A DNA stretch of 64,000 nucleotides, taken from positions 4,340,001 to 4,404,000 of the forward strand of contig CM059432.1 in NCBI GenBank assembly GCA_030390025.1. Direction: 5' to 3'. This document shows, piece by piece, positions 23,851 through 35,439 of this stretch; position 1 is the first letter of the stretch, and each line of letters begins with the position of its first letter. Below the pieces are notes generated by a model, which did no database searches, was not told where the DNA came from, and worked only from the letters and a program-made list of their open reading frames with translations. This stretch comes from Squalus acanthias. Taxonomy: Eukaryota. The position numbers were made by a program, and so were the translations under genes.

Positions 23851-24732
23851 TTAACACTGAATCTGACCTCAAGCAAAATATTCATTTATCAAGTAGAATA
23901 CTCACCTGTGTGCTTGTTCGGAATGAAGTGACTCTGCAGCTACAGAGTGCTGCACACGTTCATCGTTACTTATCTTTAATAAGGCCTTTAACAAGTTAAA
24001 GTTACCTTTTTCTTACTTGAGGCCACTCTTACTCTTGTTCACCAGCGTAAGAATGTTTAGAACAGCGCTAAGCACGGATGAATCATGTGCGGCCGCTTTC
24101 TCCTGGCTACACATTGTTATTCATGCTTCAGCTTGTCCTAAGTTGCATGAGTGCAGGAAGGTAAGGCCCCCTCATGAATAGATTCATAATGAGTCAACAA
24201 GGAAAGACCAGTGGAAATATTTGATTCTCGCAGCCTCTGTGTAAGTAGCTCGACTGATGCACAATTCCCTTTGCATTACTCTCAACTGACATTTCCCAGC
24301 AACCGGTTAATCTGTACCGTAAATTGGGTCGACCCAATCTATTTTTTTAAGCTTGACCAGAAACAACACTAAAATGTATTTAAATGGTATCTGTCATTTT
24401 TTTATAGTGCAGATCAATTCACTGCGACTACTATTGAGTTGGAAGACAACAGCCGAGAATGGCCAGTGAAAAATGTATTTCCCTCACCGACCAGGGCAGG
24501 AGGGGAGCCTTCGGCACTCGCATCCCTTCAGGAATTTCTGAATTAACAAATTACCAGCAGCTTTTCAAAGTAGAACAGAATCTCCATCAATCTGTTAGCT
24601 GATGTAATCAACCTGTTTTTTTAATTTTGGACTGGAATTGAATGTTTTCAAGGTTCAATTTAATTTTTAAATATGGGTCGCTTGTGATTTAAGCATATTG
24701 TAAACTACTATCGTAGCGTTTTTCATATTGAT

Positions 24733-24880
24733 TTTTTTTTTAAATTATTGGTTTATGGGATGTGGGCGTCGCTGGCAAGTCCAGCATTTATTGCCCATCC
24801 CTAGTCGCCCTCGAGAAGGTGGTGCCGAGCTGCCTTCTTGAACCGCTGCAGTCCGTGTGGTGAAGGTACTCCCGCAGTGA
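24733..24880 (-). mobile_element. Zenon-like LINE 3' tip
   Basis: Poly-T followed by atgggatgtgggcgtcgctggcaa. Confidence 0.8.
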
Positions 24881-24899
24881 TTGAAATTATTTGGTCTAA

Positions 24900-25252
24900 T
24901 CTCAATCGTAGCATTTCAAAAAAGGGAATTGGATAAATACTTGAAGGGGAAAACAATTTGCGGGGCTGTGGGCATTGCTCCCGTTCATTTCTTATTTTGG
25001 GTGCGCGGCCCCTTTAAGCGGCCCGTTCAAAATAACACGCGTGCGCGGTCTTTCGCATTGAAAAGCGGGCCAGCCGGCTGCGCGGGAGGTCCAGAGAGGC
25101 GCGCGGCCATGCGGCTTAAAAGGAACATTGGCTATGGGTGAAGAGCGGGCGGGGGGGGGGGAGGGGAGTGGGACTAATTGGAAAGCCCTTTCAAAGAGCC
25201 GGCACAGGCACGATGGGCCGAATGGCCTCCTCCTGTGCTGTGAGATTCTATC
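24900..25252 (+). mobile_element. CR1 3' end containing a hAT MITE
   Basis: FKRELDKYLKG-type ORF end and 3'UTR. Confidence 0.75.
24973..25130 (+). mobile_element. ~160 bp hAT-type MITE
   Basis: CATTGCTCCC...AGGAACATTG ends with an 8-bp TSD GCT(G/A)TGGG. Confidence 0.8.
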
Positions 25253-25970
25253 ATTAAATTTAAAAAAGTAGCGCTGTTGCCATCATATCATTAGAATGTT
25301 CTAACTGAATATGATTATGTGGTATTAATAATAAATCTTTCTGCCTTTGTGCCAGATTCCAAGCGAGCTCTCTGTAAGCGGGTTTTGTCCATTAGTGCTC
25401 CAGCTTTCAGAGGCCTCAGTAATTGACGTGCGCAGCCAGTAATACTCGAAAGCCCAAACGGGAAATTGAACTGCCAACGTAGAAAGCTTAATTTGACATA
25501 ACGTGCGGCCAAAAATTACTCTCTCAGTTTCTGGGACGGCGGTGTGGAGAAAAAAATAAATGCGGAAATAAATGAACTGCTCCCTTATTTAACTGGCCTC
25601 GGCTCCAGTGAGCCTTTCTTCTAATAGGCCCGTTAATAATGGTTGCTGACTGGGCCGTGCGCTGGTAAAGCTGGACACACAAAGCAGAGATCCTTCATCT
25701 CATGACTTCCTGGCAGCTTTAGAAACCAGGTTATAAATGGTTGATGCCTTTGGTGATATTGGCCGTCAATAGGCAGCTTCATGCTAACAGTACATCAATG
25801 CATTTCACTATTCTCCTGGGCTTCGGAGGCAAGAGGAAAACTAATAAATAACACCACACAGCCACACGATTCCTCAGTCCAATAAATCCAATTAGGCGTA
25901 ATAAAAACAGAAAATGCTGGAGATACTCAGCAGGTCAGGCAGCATCTGTGAAGAGAGAAACAGAGTTAAT

Positions 25971-26722
25971 GGGCCAGAAATTCGTCTCTCCGGCTTCCCG
26001 CGGGTGCACGTACTTGCCTACCGCGCCTGCCGTTGTGCTTCGGGCTCGCGTGGAATTCGGATCCTGGGCCTCCTGCAGCTGCCGGAGCGCAGTGCTTGCG
26101 TATCCCAGGGGCGCAGTTAGTTCAAAGCGTCCCCTGGGATCACGTGGGCCATGGAGAGCCAATCGGAGCAGGGAATCTCCATTCATAGATTTGACAGGAA
26201 GACCTGTCAAATCTATGAATAGAGATCGGCCCCAAAATCTCACTAAAACTTCAAGTAAATTTTTTTTTAAAATCACATTTTTAAAATAACTATAACTTAC
26301 ATAAATTAACTACTTTAAACAAAAATTTAAATTTTTGAAAAAATTAATTACACTTTTTAACGGTGCTAAAAATAAACTTACCTTTCTTTAAAGTATGTAA
26401 AAAAGATAAACCTGCTGAAAAAATGTTTAAATTGTACTTAATTCACCACTTACCTTGTTAAAAGCAGGCCTTGCGCCTCCTTTTTCCCCGCGCAGCTTCT
26501 CCGTACTTACCCTCACGGAGAAACCTGAAAAAAAAACAAAGTTCGAGGTCTAGGCGCTGCCTCTCCGGCGCACGCGTTCAACCTCTGAACCCCTTCCTTC
26601 AGGGGAACGGAAGTTCCGGTTTCCAGCGCATGCGCAGTGCATGCACGAAACCGGCACTTTCGTTGGGTCTACGGGTGAGTACCCAGCGCGTACTCACCCG
26701 TGGGGACCCGAATTTCTGGCCC
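25971..26722. mobile_element. Harbinger-type MITE, family C
   Basis: Perfect 14-bp TIR GGGCCAGAAATTCG and perfect TSD AAT. Confidence 0.9.
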
Positions 26723-26752
26723 AATGTTTCAGGTCGATGACCTTTCGACAAA

Positions 26753-26789
26753 AGTTCTGACGAAAGGTCATCGACCTGAAACGTTAACT
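26753..26789 (+). ncRNA. Minimal type I hammerhead ribozyme (Penelope family A), intact core
   Basis: AGTT-CTGACGA-A-AGGTC atc GACCT-GAAA-CG-TT-AACT. Confidence 0.8.
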
Positions 26790-26984
26790 CTGTTTCTCTC
26801 TCTCCTCACAGATGCTGCCTGACCTGCTGAGTATCTCCAGCATTTGCTGTTTTTATTTCAGATTTCCAGCATCTGCAGTATTTTCTTTTTGTAAATCCAA
26901 TCAGTCGTTATGCTACAGCTCAGGAGGTTTCTCAAATTGGGTATCAACTGCCCATTAACTGGGCAACATTTCTGGTTTCCATAT

Positions 26985-27227
26985 TACAAAAAGGGACTTA
27001 GAGGCCCTGGAGAAGGTGCAAAAAAAAAAGATTCACAAGGATGATGCCAGAACTGAGAGGATATACTTATCAGGAAAGACTGAACAGGCGGGGGCTCTTT
27101 TCTCTGGAAGTGAGAAGGCTGAGGGATGACCTGATAGAGGTCTTTAAGATTCTGAAAGGGTTCGATAGGGTAGACGTAGAGAAGATCTTTCCACTTGTGG
27201 GGGAGACCAGAACTAGAGGCCATAAAT
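26985..27227 (+). mobile_element. CR1 fragment
   Basis: ORF 27041-27232 reads YQERLNRRGLFSLE...TRTRGH. Confidence 0.85.
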
Positions 27228-27725
27228 CATAGAGTCATGGGGCTGGATTTTACCAGCCCTGAGGAGGCGAGTTTGGAGGCAGGACTGGTGGGAAAGTTGG
27301 AGAAAATGACGGCGGGTTCCGATCCCGCCGTCAACCCGCCTCCGCGCAGCTTTGCCAGAGGCGGGCTTGCAGAGTCCGTTTCAGTTGCGCCTCCAGGCGG
27401 CGGGATAGGCCCTTAACTATCACTTAAGTACCTCTATAATCCCAGTTTCAGAGGTCTTTCAAATTTTGCCACATTTCCAGCGTGCTGCACGTCTCTCCTG
27501 GAACACGCCAGCTAATCCTGTCGGGTTGGCAAGTGGCTGGCTTCCTAACAGCTGCAGCTCCACCATAAAAACGGAGCTCTCAACAAGGCTCAGTTGCAGG
27601 TGGCAGAACTTTGTTTTTTCAGGTCTTGGAGAACTTTTTGCAGATCCACTGATCTTGGAAGTGGTGAAGCTGAGAGCCATCTCCACTCTGACCTCCTGGG
27701 AAAACCCTCTCCCCACATTGACTGA

Positions 27726-28972
27726 GTGCTTCCTCAACAGAGATATCTACCATCAGATTCGGAGGACGAGCAGCCGCGGCAGCAGCAGAACCAGGAACAA
27801 CAGCAGCAGCAAAAGCAGCAGGAGCGCCAAACTCCTGCTCAGTCACCTGATGGTGCACAGGGCAGAAGATGCCAGTGCAGGGAAGCACGTCGCCGCAGGA
27901 GATACCCCAAAAACAGGGATTACAAGATGAGGATGAGCTTCCTCAACATGACCGAGCAGCAGTGCCAAAGGAGGCTGAGACTTTTGCGAGAGGTTGTCTG
28001 AGAGATCTACTCAATGCTGCACCAACACCTGGTGCCCAGAGGAACAGGTGGACACCCATTACCAGTGGCTGTCAAAGTCACCACCGCACTCAACTTTTTT
28101 GCTTCAGGCTCCTTCCAGGGCTCATCAGCAGACATCAGCGGCATCTCCCAGTCGGCCGCACACAATTGCATCACGCAGGTTACCGATGCCCTCTTTGCAA
28201 AGGCGCACAATTACATCCACTTCTCCACGGATCAAGCAAGTATAACCGCGCGTGCGGTTGGCTTTGCAAATATGGCAGGCTTGCCAAGGGTGCAGGGCAT
28301 CGTAGACTGCACACATGTGGCCCTTAAAGCACCCCATCACAATCCAGGTCTATTTGTCAACCGCAAAGGCTTCCACCCCTCAACGTGCAGCTGGTGTGTA
28401 ACCACAAGAAGGACATTTTGCATGCTTGCGCCAAGTACCCTGGCAGTTGCCATGACTCCTTCATCCTGCGCCAGTCTAGTGTGCCTCTGCTCTTCAGTCT
28501 GCCAAACCAACTTTGTGGATGGTTACTTGGAGACCAGGGCTATCCCCTGAAGACATGACTAATGACGCCATTCAGGAGGCCATCCAACGAAGCTGAGGAG
28601 CGCTACAACTCCAGCCACATTTTGACCAGATCCATCATCGAGCAAACCATCGGCTTGCTGAAGATGCGATTCAGATGCCTTGACAGATCAGGTGGTGCCC
28701 TGCAGTACTCAGCAGCCAGGGTCTCCAGAATCATCATGGTCTGCTGTGCACTGCACAACATCGCACAGCATCATGGCTTGTAGCTGTCTGAGGAACAAGT
28801 GGCTCAGCGCATAGCCTCCTCAGATGAGGATGAAGAGGAGGAGGAGGAGGAGGAGGAGGAGGAGAACGAGAATGAAGACCGTGCTGATGCGCATCAACCA
28901 GCTGAAGCAGCACGTTAGCACATTGCTGCCCAGGATGCAAGGGATGCACTCATCTTGGCCAGATTTGCTTAA
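27726..28972 (+). pseudogene. Harbinger (HARBI1-like) DDE transposase, disrupted; true start uncertain
   Basis: Motifs [63 protein letters not shown] and an acidic tail. Stops at 27999, 28556 and 28781 plus one more in the tail, and a frameshift at ~28377. Confidence 0.93.
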
Positions 28973-29209
28973 GTTTCCCATTCAAACACATGTGCCTAGC
29001 ACCTTCTTACCATACCATAGACAATGGACACTCTGACCACCATCATGACAAATACAATTTGCCATGAGCCCTCAATGTGGAACTTCCATTTGCGAAATGA
29101 CACAGCCCAGAACTTCAACAGTTTGCCATCACTTCATTTTAATACATTGACTAAAGGATGGCATTTAACAATTAAACACAACAGAACACCCAAGTGACTA
29201 CCCTTGTGA

Positions 29210-30932
29210 CTACTTGTGCTTTATCTTCCTCTTATGCGTGCTTCTACGTGGTGCCTCCCCTGTGGCTTCAGCAGATGTGGAGGCACCTTGCTCACTTTCA
29301 TGCTGCTCCTGCTTCGACACCTTTGGCGGGCGTCCTTGGGTTTGCGAGCCTGTGAGGGCTCGCCAACAGTCTGCTCCTCCTGCGGCTGTGCAGGGGCTGA
29401 GACGCCCATCTCAGTTGGGTGAGGACTCTGGTGGGGCTCTGACCAAGGGCTCCGCAGTGGCAGGGGAGTGTGAGCGCTTGGAGAGGAGCCCCACTTCAGT
29501 GCTAGCAAGTGGCTTGACAGCACCTTGCTGCACATCATGGGGGCCATGAGGACCTGTTTCTGCACTGGCAGTCCTACTCCAGAGGACTTCCATGAAGGTC
29601 TGGTTTCTCTGCTCAATAGCTGTCCATCGCTCCTCCAGAGATGTCAGTCTATTCTGAACATTCACCATGTTTTCCACACACTGGCGACTTAGCTCCTCCA
29701 TCCGCTCCACACTCACAGTGACCCTGGAGACAAAACCTGCCAGAGACTCCTGCACCTGTTCCTGGAGTTCCAGCACCGCTCTCGTTCTGGATGGACCCGG
29801 GGGCACAGGGTCAACATGCAGCTCAGCCGAGCTGGCAGAGTCCTGTGCCCTCCGACGAGGACTCTCCACTGCTGTCCCTGTCTCCACCATCTGCTGATGC
29901 TCACTTGTGAGCTGTGATACACAAGGTGACAACTCTACTCTATCTCCCGAAGGTCCCACCAAGGTGTGTGTGTCTGCGCTGGTGCTGGGTGCGCTTAATT
30001 CTGCTGACGCTGCGCCCTCAGAGGTTGCAGGTTCCTCTGAGGAGTCTTCCAGCTCAGCCTCTTCCTCCTGGACAGTGGGGAGGGGGGCTGTCGATGGTCC
30101 TGTGGAGGAGTAAAGGAATGAGTTAGACATGTGATATAAACGTTGCATGCACATGGAATTGTGCAGATGATCAAAACTATTCTGTCACCAGCTTGCTCTG
30201 ATGTGCCTGTCTGTCCGTCCCCCACTTCCACATCCTCCTCAGCGCCAGCGATCTCTAGGGTCGCCTCCACTGTGCTGGTAAGATGGACTATTGAGGGTGG
30301 CCCTCCTCCAGTCTTTGTCCTTTCCCTCTTATTGTGGGCTCTCTTTTCCTGCAATGAGGGACACAAGTGGAGTTTGAGTGAGAATGATGGAGTGAGTGTA
30401 AATAATCCATAGCATAGATGCTTAGAAGAACACAAAGATGGAGTGAGGTCCCAAGACCAAGGGCCCTCCCTGTGTGTTGTTAGTTGTTGTCATAGCATAA
30501 CAGCGATAGTGAGTGTGAGGGCAGCATAGTCGAATAGTTAAGTGATTGTGCACATAGAGAGAGAGGGAATGGTTAAGGGTGCAAGGGATGTAAGGGTAAA
30601 GTGGGATGTGTAGGAATAGGTTGATAATGCAGTGTGATGGTGCTGAGAGGAGATGGGGAGCAGAATGAGGTTAAAGGTGATGGTATACTCACTTTGTCTG
30701 TTCGGACAAGGTCATTGAACCTCTTTCGGCACTGCAGCCAGGTTCTGCTGCACATCGATGTGGCATTCACCTCCTGGGCAACTTGCAGCCACACAGCTTT
30801 GGTCTGCTGAGGAGGTTTTTTCCTCCCAGAGGATGGAAACAACACCTCCTTTTGTGCTCTGGCTCCCTCCACCAGAGCATGGAGTGAGTCATCATTAAAG
30901 CGAGGTGAGGCCTTGGGCCTTGAAGTAGACAT
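29210..30932 (-). pseudogene. Harbinger Myb/SANT-like DNA-binding protein, 3 exons (30693-30932, 30189-30348, ~29210-30099)
   Basis: Exon 1 reads MSTSRPKASPRFNDDSL...W...RTWLQCRKRFNDL. GT-AG introns in phase 0 and 1 join it to EKRAHNKRERTKTGGGPP and to ORF 29411-30154. There is a stop at 29411-29413 before a basic C-terminus (RRSTHKRKIKHK*). Confidence 0.85.
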
Positions 30933-31219
30933 TCCACTAGCTCCAAAAACGATTTTCAACAGAAGCAAACACAAGTGTTTCGGCACAAAATGAACCAAGG
31001 CTGCTTGGAGCCCTTAAATACAGCTGGAGAAATGACGTCATCAGAGGCGAGTTTCAGGCACAAAAAACTCATTGGGCCAGGGGTTCGCACACGCTGGGAA
31101 TCAATTGCCCAATTAGGGCAAAATCGCAATTTTTTCTCGCCCGACAGTGAAGGCGGGATCAGGACCTGCCGACCACCTGACCTGCACCCAACCCGCCACC
31201 AATGGCAAAACTCCAGCCC

Positions 31220-31715
31220 ATAGAGTCATACGGCACCGAAGGAGGCCATTCGGCCCATCGAGTCCGTGCCAGCTCTCTGTAGAACATTCCAGTCAGTCCC
31301 ATTCCCCCGCTCTATCCCCGTAGCCCTGCAAGTTTATTTCCCTCAAGTGCCTATCCAGTCTCCCCTTGAAAACATTGAGTGTCTCCGCTTCCACCACTTC
31401 CGTCAGCAGCAAGTTCCAGGTCCTCACCACTCGCTGCGTAAAAAAGTTAAGATATAGGGAATTCAGGAGAAACTTCTTTACCCAGAGAGTGGTGAGAATG
31501 TGGAACTTGCTACCACAGGGAGTGGTTGCGGTGAATAGTATAGATGCATTTAAGGGGAAGCTAGATAAACACATGAGGAGAAAGGAATAGAAGGACATGC
31601 TGATGGGGTTAGATGAAGAGGGGTGGGAGGAGGCTCGTGTGGAGCAGAAACACCGGCACGGACCAGTTGGGCCGAATGGCCTGTTTCTGTGCTATAGACT
31701 CGATGTAACTCTATG
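31220..31715. mobile_element. Two CR1 3' ends back to back (- 31220-31447, + ~31447-31715)
   Basis: FFTQRVV motif on both strands, with tails at each outer end. Confidence 0.8.
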
Positions 31716-32214
31716 CAACTATTACACAAAAGTATAAATATCTGAACCCTTGGATAGCAGGCTAATATCCGTCACCCAACAGAAGGAAATCAAACCGCAA
31801 TCTCGAGTTCCAAATGTATTAATTCTGGTTTATCAATAAATCAACTGCTTTTTGCCATCAGCAGAATTTGACTAACCCTCTCTGAGGAGAGTTTGCAAAT
31901 CGTTACATGAATTGTAAAATAAAGATGGATCTGTTTCATATTCCAATACAAATTATACGGCGAGATTGTGCAAAGTATGTCTTTGCAAAAGTGCTTATAA
32001 ACTGTTTACTTCAATAAAAATTGTTAATTGCAAACTAATTGCATTTACTTGATGACATACAATAGTATAGATTTCAGCTAATAGGACCGAATTGCTCTTA
32101 ACACCGCTTGAACTAAGGCAAAACAAAATTGTATTCATGTGCAGAACCAGAGACAACTTAATTTTCCTTTTAGCCGAGATCGTGAATGATTTTGTGGGGT
32201 TTTTTTTGTTTAAT

Positions 32215-32955
32215 CAATAAGGAGAAACTGTTTCCACTGGCAGCAGGGTCAGTAACCAGAGGACACAGATATAAGGTAATTGGCAAAAGAACCAGAGGGG
32301 GAGATGTGGAAAAACATGTTTTAACGAAGCGAGTTGTTGTGATCTGGAATGCGCTGCCTGAAAGGGCGGTGGAAGCAGGTCGGATATATAGTTAAAAAGG
32401 AGAAATTTGCAGGACTATGGGCCAATGTTCCCTTTAATTTTAATTTGGGTGCGCGGTCCCTTTAACTGCGCAGCCCACTCAAATTTTCGCACATGCGCAA
32501 TTTCTTGCATTGAAAAGCCGGTGAGCGGCCTGCGCGGGATCCCCCAGACCCGCCACGCGACCGCATGGCCGCTCAGCTTAACGGGAGTGTTGCTATACAA
32601 CAACAACAACAACTTGTATTTATATAGCGCATTTAACGTAGTAAAACATCCCAAGGCGCTGCACAGGAGTATTTTAAGACAAAGAAATTTGACACCGAGC
32701 CACATAAGGATAAATTAGGGGCAGGTGACCAAAAGCTTGGTCAAAGAGGTAGGTTTTAAGAAGCGTCTTAAAGGAGGAGAGAGAGGTAGCGAGGCGGAGA
32801 GGTTTAGGCAGGGAATTCCAGAGCTTAGGGCCTAGGCAACAGAAGGGAAAGAGCAGGGGGGAGTGGGACTAATTGGAGAGCTCTTTCACAGAGCCGGCAC
32901 AGGCACGATGGGCTGAATGGCCTCCTTCCGCGCTGTATCATACGATGATTCTATT
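32215..32955 (+). mobile_element. CR1 3' end containing a hAT MITE and an L2 3' fragment (-, ~32597-32845)
   Basis: Reads KLFPLAAGSVTRGH. A (CAA)n L2 tail lies at 32597, and the CR1 3'UTR resumes at ~32845. Confidence 0.8.
32423..32592 (+). mobile_element. hAT-type MITE, same family as 24973-25130
   Basis: CAATGTTCCCTTTAA...TTAACGGGAGTGTTG. The right TSD is cut by the L2 insertion after CTAT. Confidence 0.75.
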
Positions 32956-34035
32956 TAGTTCAAATACTCAACAAAGGATGTTGCTGAAATTTAGAATTTA
33001 AATAACAATCGGATAACTTCCTTTAAAAACAATTTAACTATATGTACCAACCTTGAGATTAAATATTAATAATGGAAAGGTGAAGTCATAAGAATTAGGA
33101 GCAGGAGTAGGCCATTCGGCCCCTCGAGCCTGCTCCGCCATTCAATAAGATCATGGCTGATCTTCTACCTCAACTCCACTTTCCTGCACTATCCCCAAAT
33201 CCCTTGATTCCGTTAATATCAAAAAATCTGTCTTGAATATACTCAACGACTGAGCCTCCACAGCCCTCTGGGGTAGAGAATTCCAAAGATTCACCACCCT
33301 CTGACTGAAGAAATTTCTCCTCATCTCAGTCCTAAATGGCCGACCCCTTCGGCCTAGTCTACTCAATCTCTCCTCATAGGAAAATCCCCCCATCCCAGGA
33401 ACCAGTCTGGTGAACCTTGCACTCCCTCTATGGCAAGTATATCCTTCCTTAGGTAAGGAGACGAAAACTGTACACAATACTCCAGGTGTGGTCTCACCAG
33501 GGCCCTATATAATTGCAGTAAGATGTCTTTACTCTTACACTCAAATCCTCTTGTGATAAAGGCCAACATACCATTTGCTTTCCTAATTGCTTGCTGTACC
33601 TGCATGTTAACTTTCAGTGATTCATGTACAAGGACACCCAGGCCCCTCTGAACACCAACATTTCCCAATCTCTCACCTATTAAAAAATACTCTGCTTTTC
33701 TATTTTTCCTACCAAAGTGGATAACTTCACATTTCTCCACATTATATTCCATTTGCCATGTTCTTGCCCACTCACTTAGCCAGTCTATATCCCCTTGAAG
33801 CCTCCTTGCATCCTCCTCACAACTTACATTCTCACCCAGCTTTATATCATCAGCAAACTTGGATGTATTACATTTGTTCCCCTCATCCAAATCATTGATA
33901 TAGATTGTAAATAGCTGAGGTCCAAGCACTGACCCTTGCGGTACCCCACTAGTTACAGCCTGCCAACCCGAAAATGACCCGTTTATTCCTACTCTCTGTT
34001 TTCTGTCCGTTAACCAATCCTCAATCCATGCTAGT

Positions 34036-35439
34036 TGTAGCACTTTCTCTTACTACTGTTTGGACCTCGAGAATTACGAATTAGCTTAACAATGACAGAC
34101 AAGGATGTGATCAATAAAATTGATCTTTTAATCAGACTATAGTTCACAATTCAAGTGTACATAGAAGCACCTTTGGCAACAAATTCAAAGAACTCCCGGC
34201 AATAAATATGCCGGCAACTTATCAATTCAAAGTATATAAAAGTGCCCCTTTAATGATTCAAATGTACATAAAGTACCCCCTTTAACAACATCTAAGCCCA
34301 TGTCCAATTTTCATACATACTCCTTCATTTCTGGGTGATCGGTCAAAGGAAACTGTGAGTCGAAACATGAACTGGCCAGCTTTCTCACTTCAATCTTCCT
34401 CCTGCTTTGTCTTCTCTGTTCTCCTTCTTATCTCTGAAAACTCCCGCCACTGGGTTATAAGGCCTCGTTGATCGTAAATTACTCTCTGGGCTGGATTTTC
34501 ATTGACCCGTGGAGGTGGGTTTGGAGGCGTGTGGGGGGTTAAAATTGCGAAAACTGGCAGGCGGGCACAAGCCCGCCTCCACGCAATTTTTATTAAATCG
34601 TGTCTGCTGGTCCCGACTCCGTCCCACCTCTAAGAGGCGGGATAGGCTGTTAAGGCCCTTAACAAGCACTAAATTGCCTCTATAATGCCATTTTGAAAGG
34701 CCTTTGTGATTATAGCCCTTTTTCTATGTGAAGCACACCTGTTCTGAACCACGAATGTGAAACCTGGCGGGAGCACTTTTGGATAGCTGGCTAGCAGGCA
34801 GGCTGGCTGGCCGGTTGGATGGATGGATGGATGGATGATCTGGGAGTGGTGGTGGATGGGAGACATATCTGGGAGTGGTGGTGCAAAAATATCTGGGAGC
34901 AGACTTAGGGCTGCTGCTGCTCATTTTGCAGGTCCTCTCACAGCAAAGGCCAGGCAGTCTTTGCAGACCTTCAATGCAGCAGCAATGCTGACATCATCAG
35001 AGGCGACTTTCAGACTGAAAACACTAATTGGGTCATGGGTTCCCACATGCTGGAACTCAATTGCCCAATTAGGTGAAAATCGCTGCAATCTCCCACATTC
35101 AATTGCAGTCGGGTGGATAACACGAAAAGCGGATGACACGACCCCAGCCCGCCCCAGTATCAAAATGCAGCCCTCTGCCTCCCTTGGATAGGTCAGTTCC
35201 ACTCCAAACCTTCCCTAATTGGAGTTCCATCCGCATGACACATTCCTGTTCCTGTCAGATGTATCTTCTCCCCTTCTTGTCCAGGTGGCCTCTACTGACC
35301 ACCATTTTGTGTCTTCACAAACAAAGACCACCTGCTGATTTCTTACATTTTAAATCCGTCCGTTATCATCTCACAGTTCGTTCGCAATTTCGATCTCCAC
35401 ACGGTCGCAGCGTTTTATTACACTTTTCAGAATCTTACA
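34036..35439 (-). mobile_element. Solo LTR (~715 bp without the nested MITE); orientation tentative
   Basis: TGTA...TACA termini and perfect 4-bp TSD TAGT (34032-34035 and 35440-35443), cleanly interrupting the CR1. Confidence 0.8.
34488..35173 (+). mobile_element. Non-autonomous Harbinger MITE, family A
   Basis: GGGCTGGATTTT...AAAATGCAGCCC with perfect TSD TCT. Very similar to 10989-11661. Confidence 0.9.

Larger units (their letters stand above)
25900..26891. mobile_element. Palindromic Penelope-derived mini-element with a nested MITE
   Basis: Inverted arms meet at ~26750. The 17-bp TSD TAAATCCAAT(T/C)AG(G/T)CGT lies at 25883-25899 and 26892-26908. Confidence 0.8.
27240..31219 (+). mobile_element. 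Full-length (decayed) PIF/Harbinger transposon, ~3.98 kb
   Basis: TIRs GGGCTGGATTTT and AAAACTCCAGCCC, TSD atg/ata, and two convergent genes (transposase and Myb/SANT). Confidence 0.95.

Noticed and set aside
23900..24110. Minus-strand exon with donor CAG|GTGAG at ~23905
   Set aside because: I found no convincing ORF or recognisable product.
27726..28972. Domesticated host HARBI1 gene
   Set aside because: It has stops and a frameshift and lies between TIRs with a Myb partner, so it is a transposon copy.
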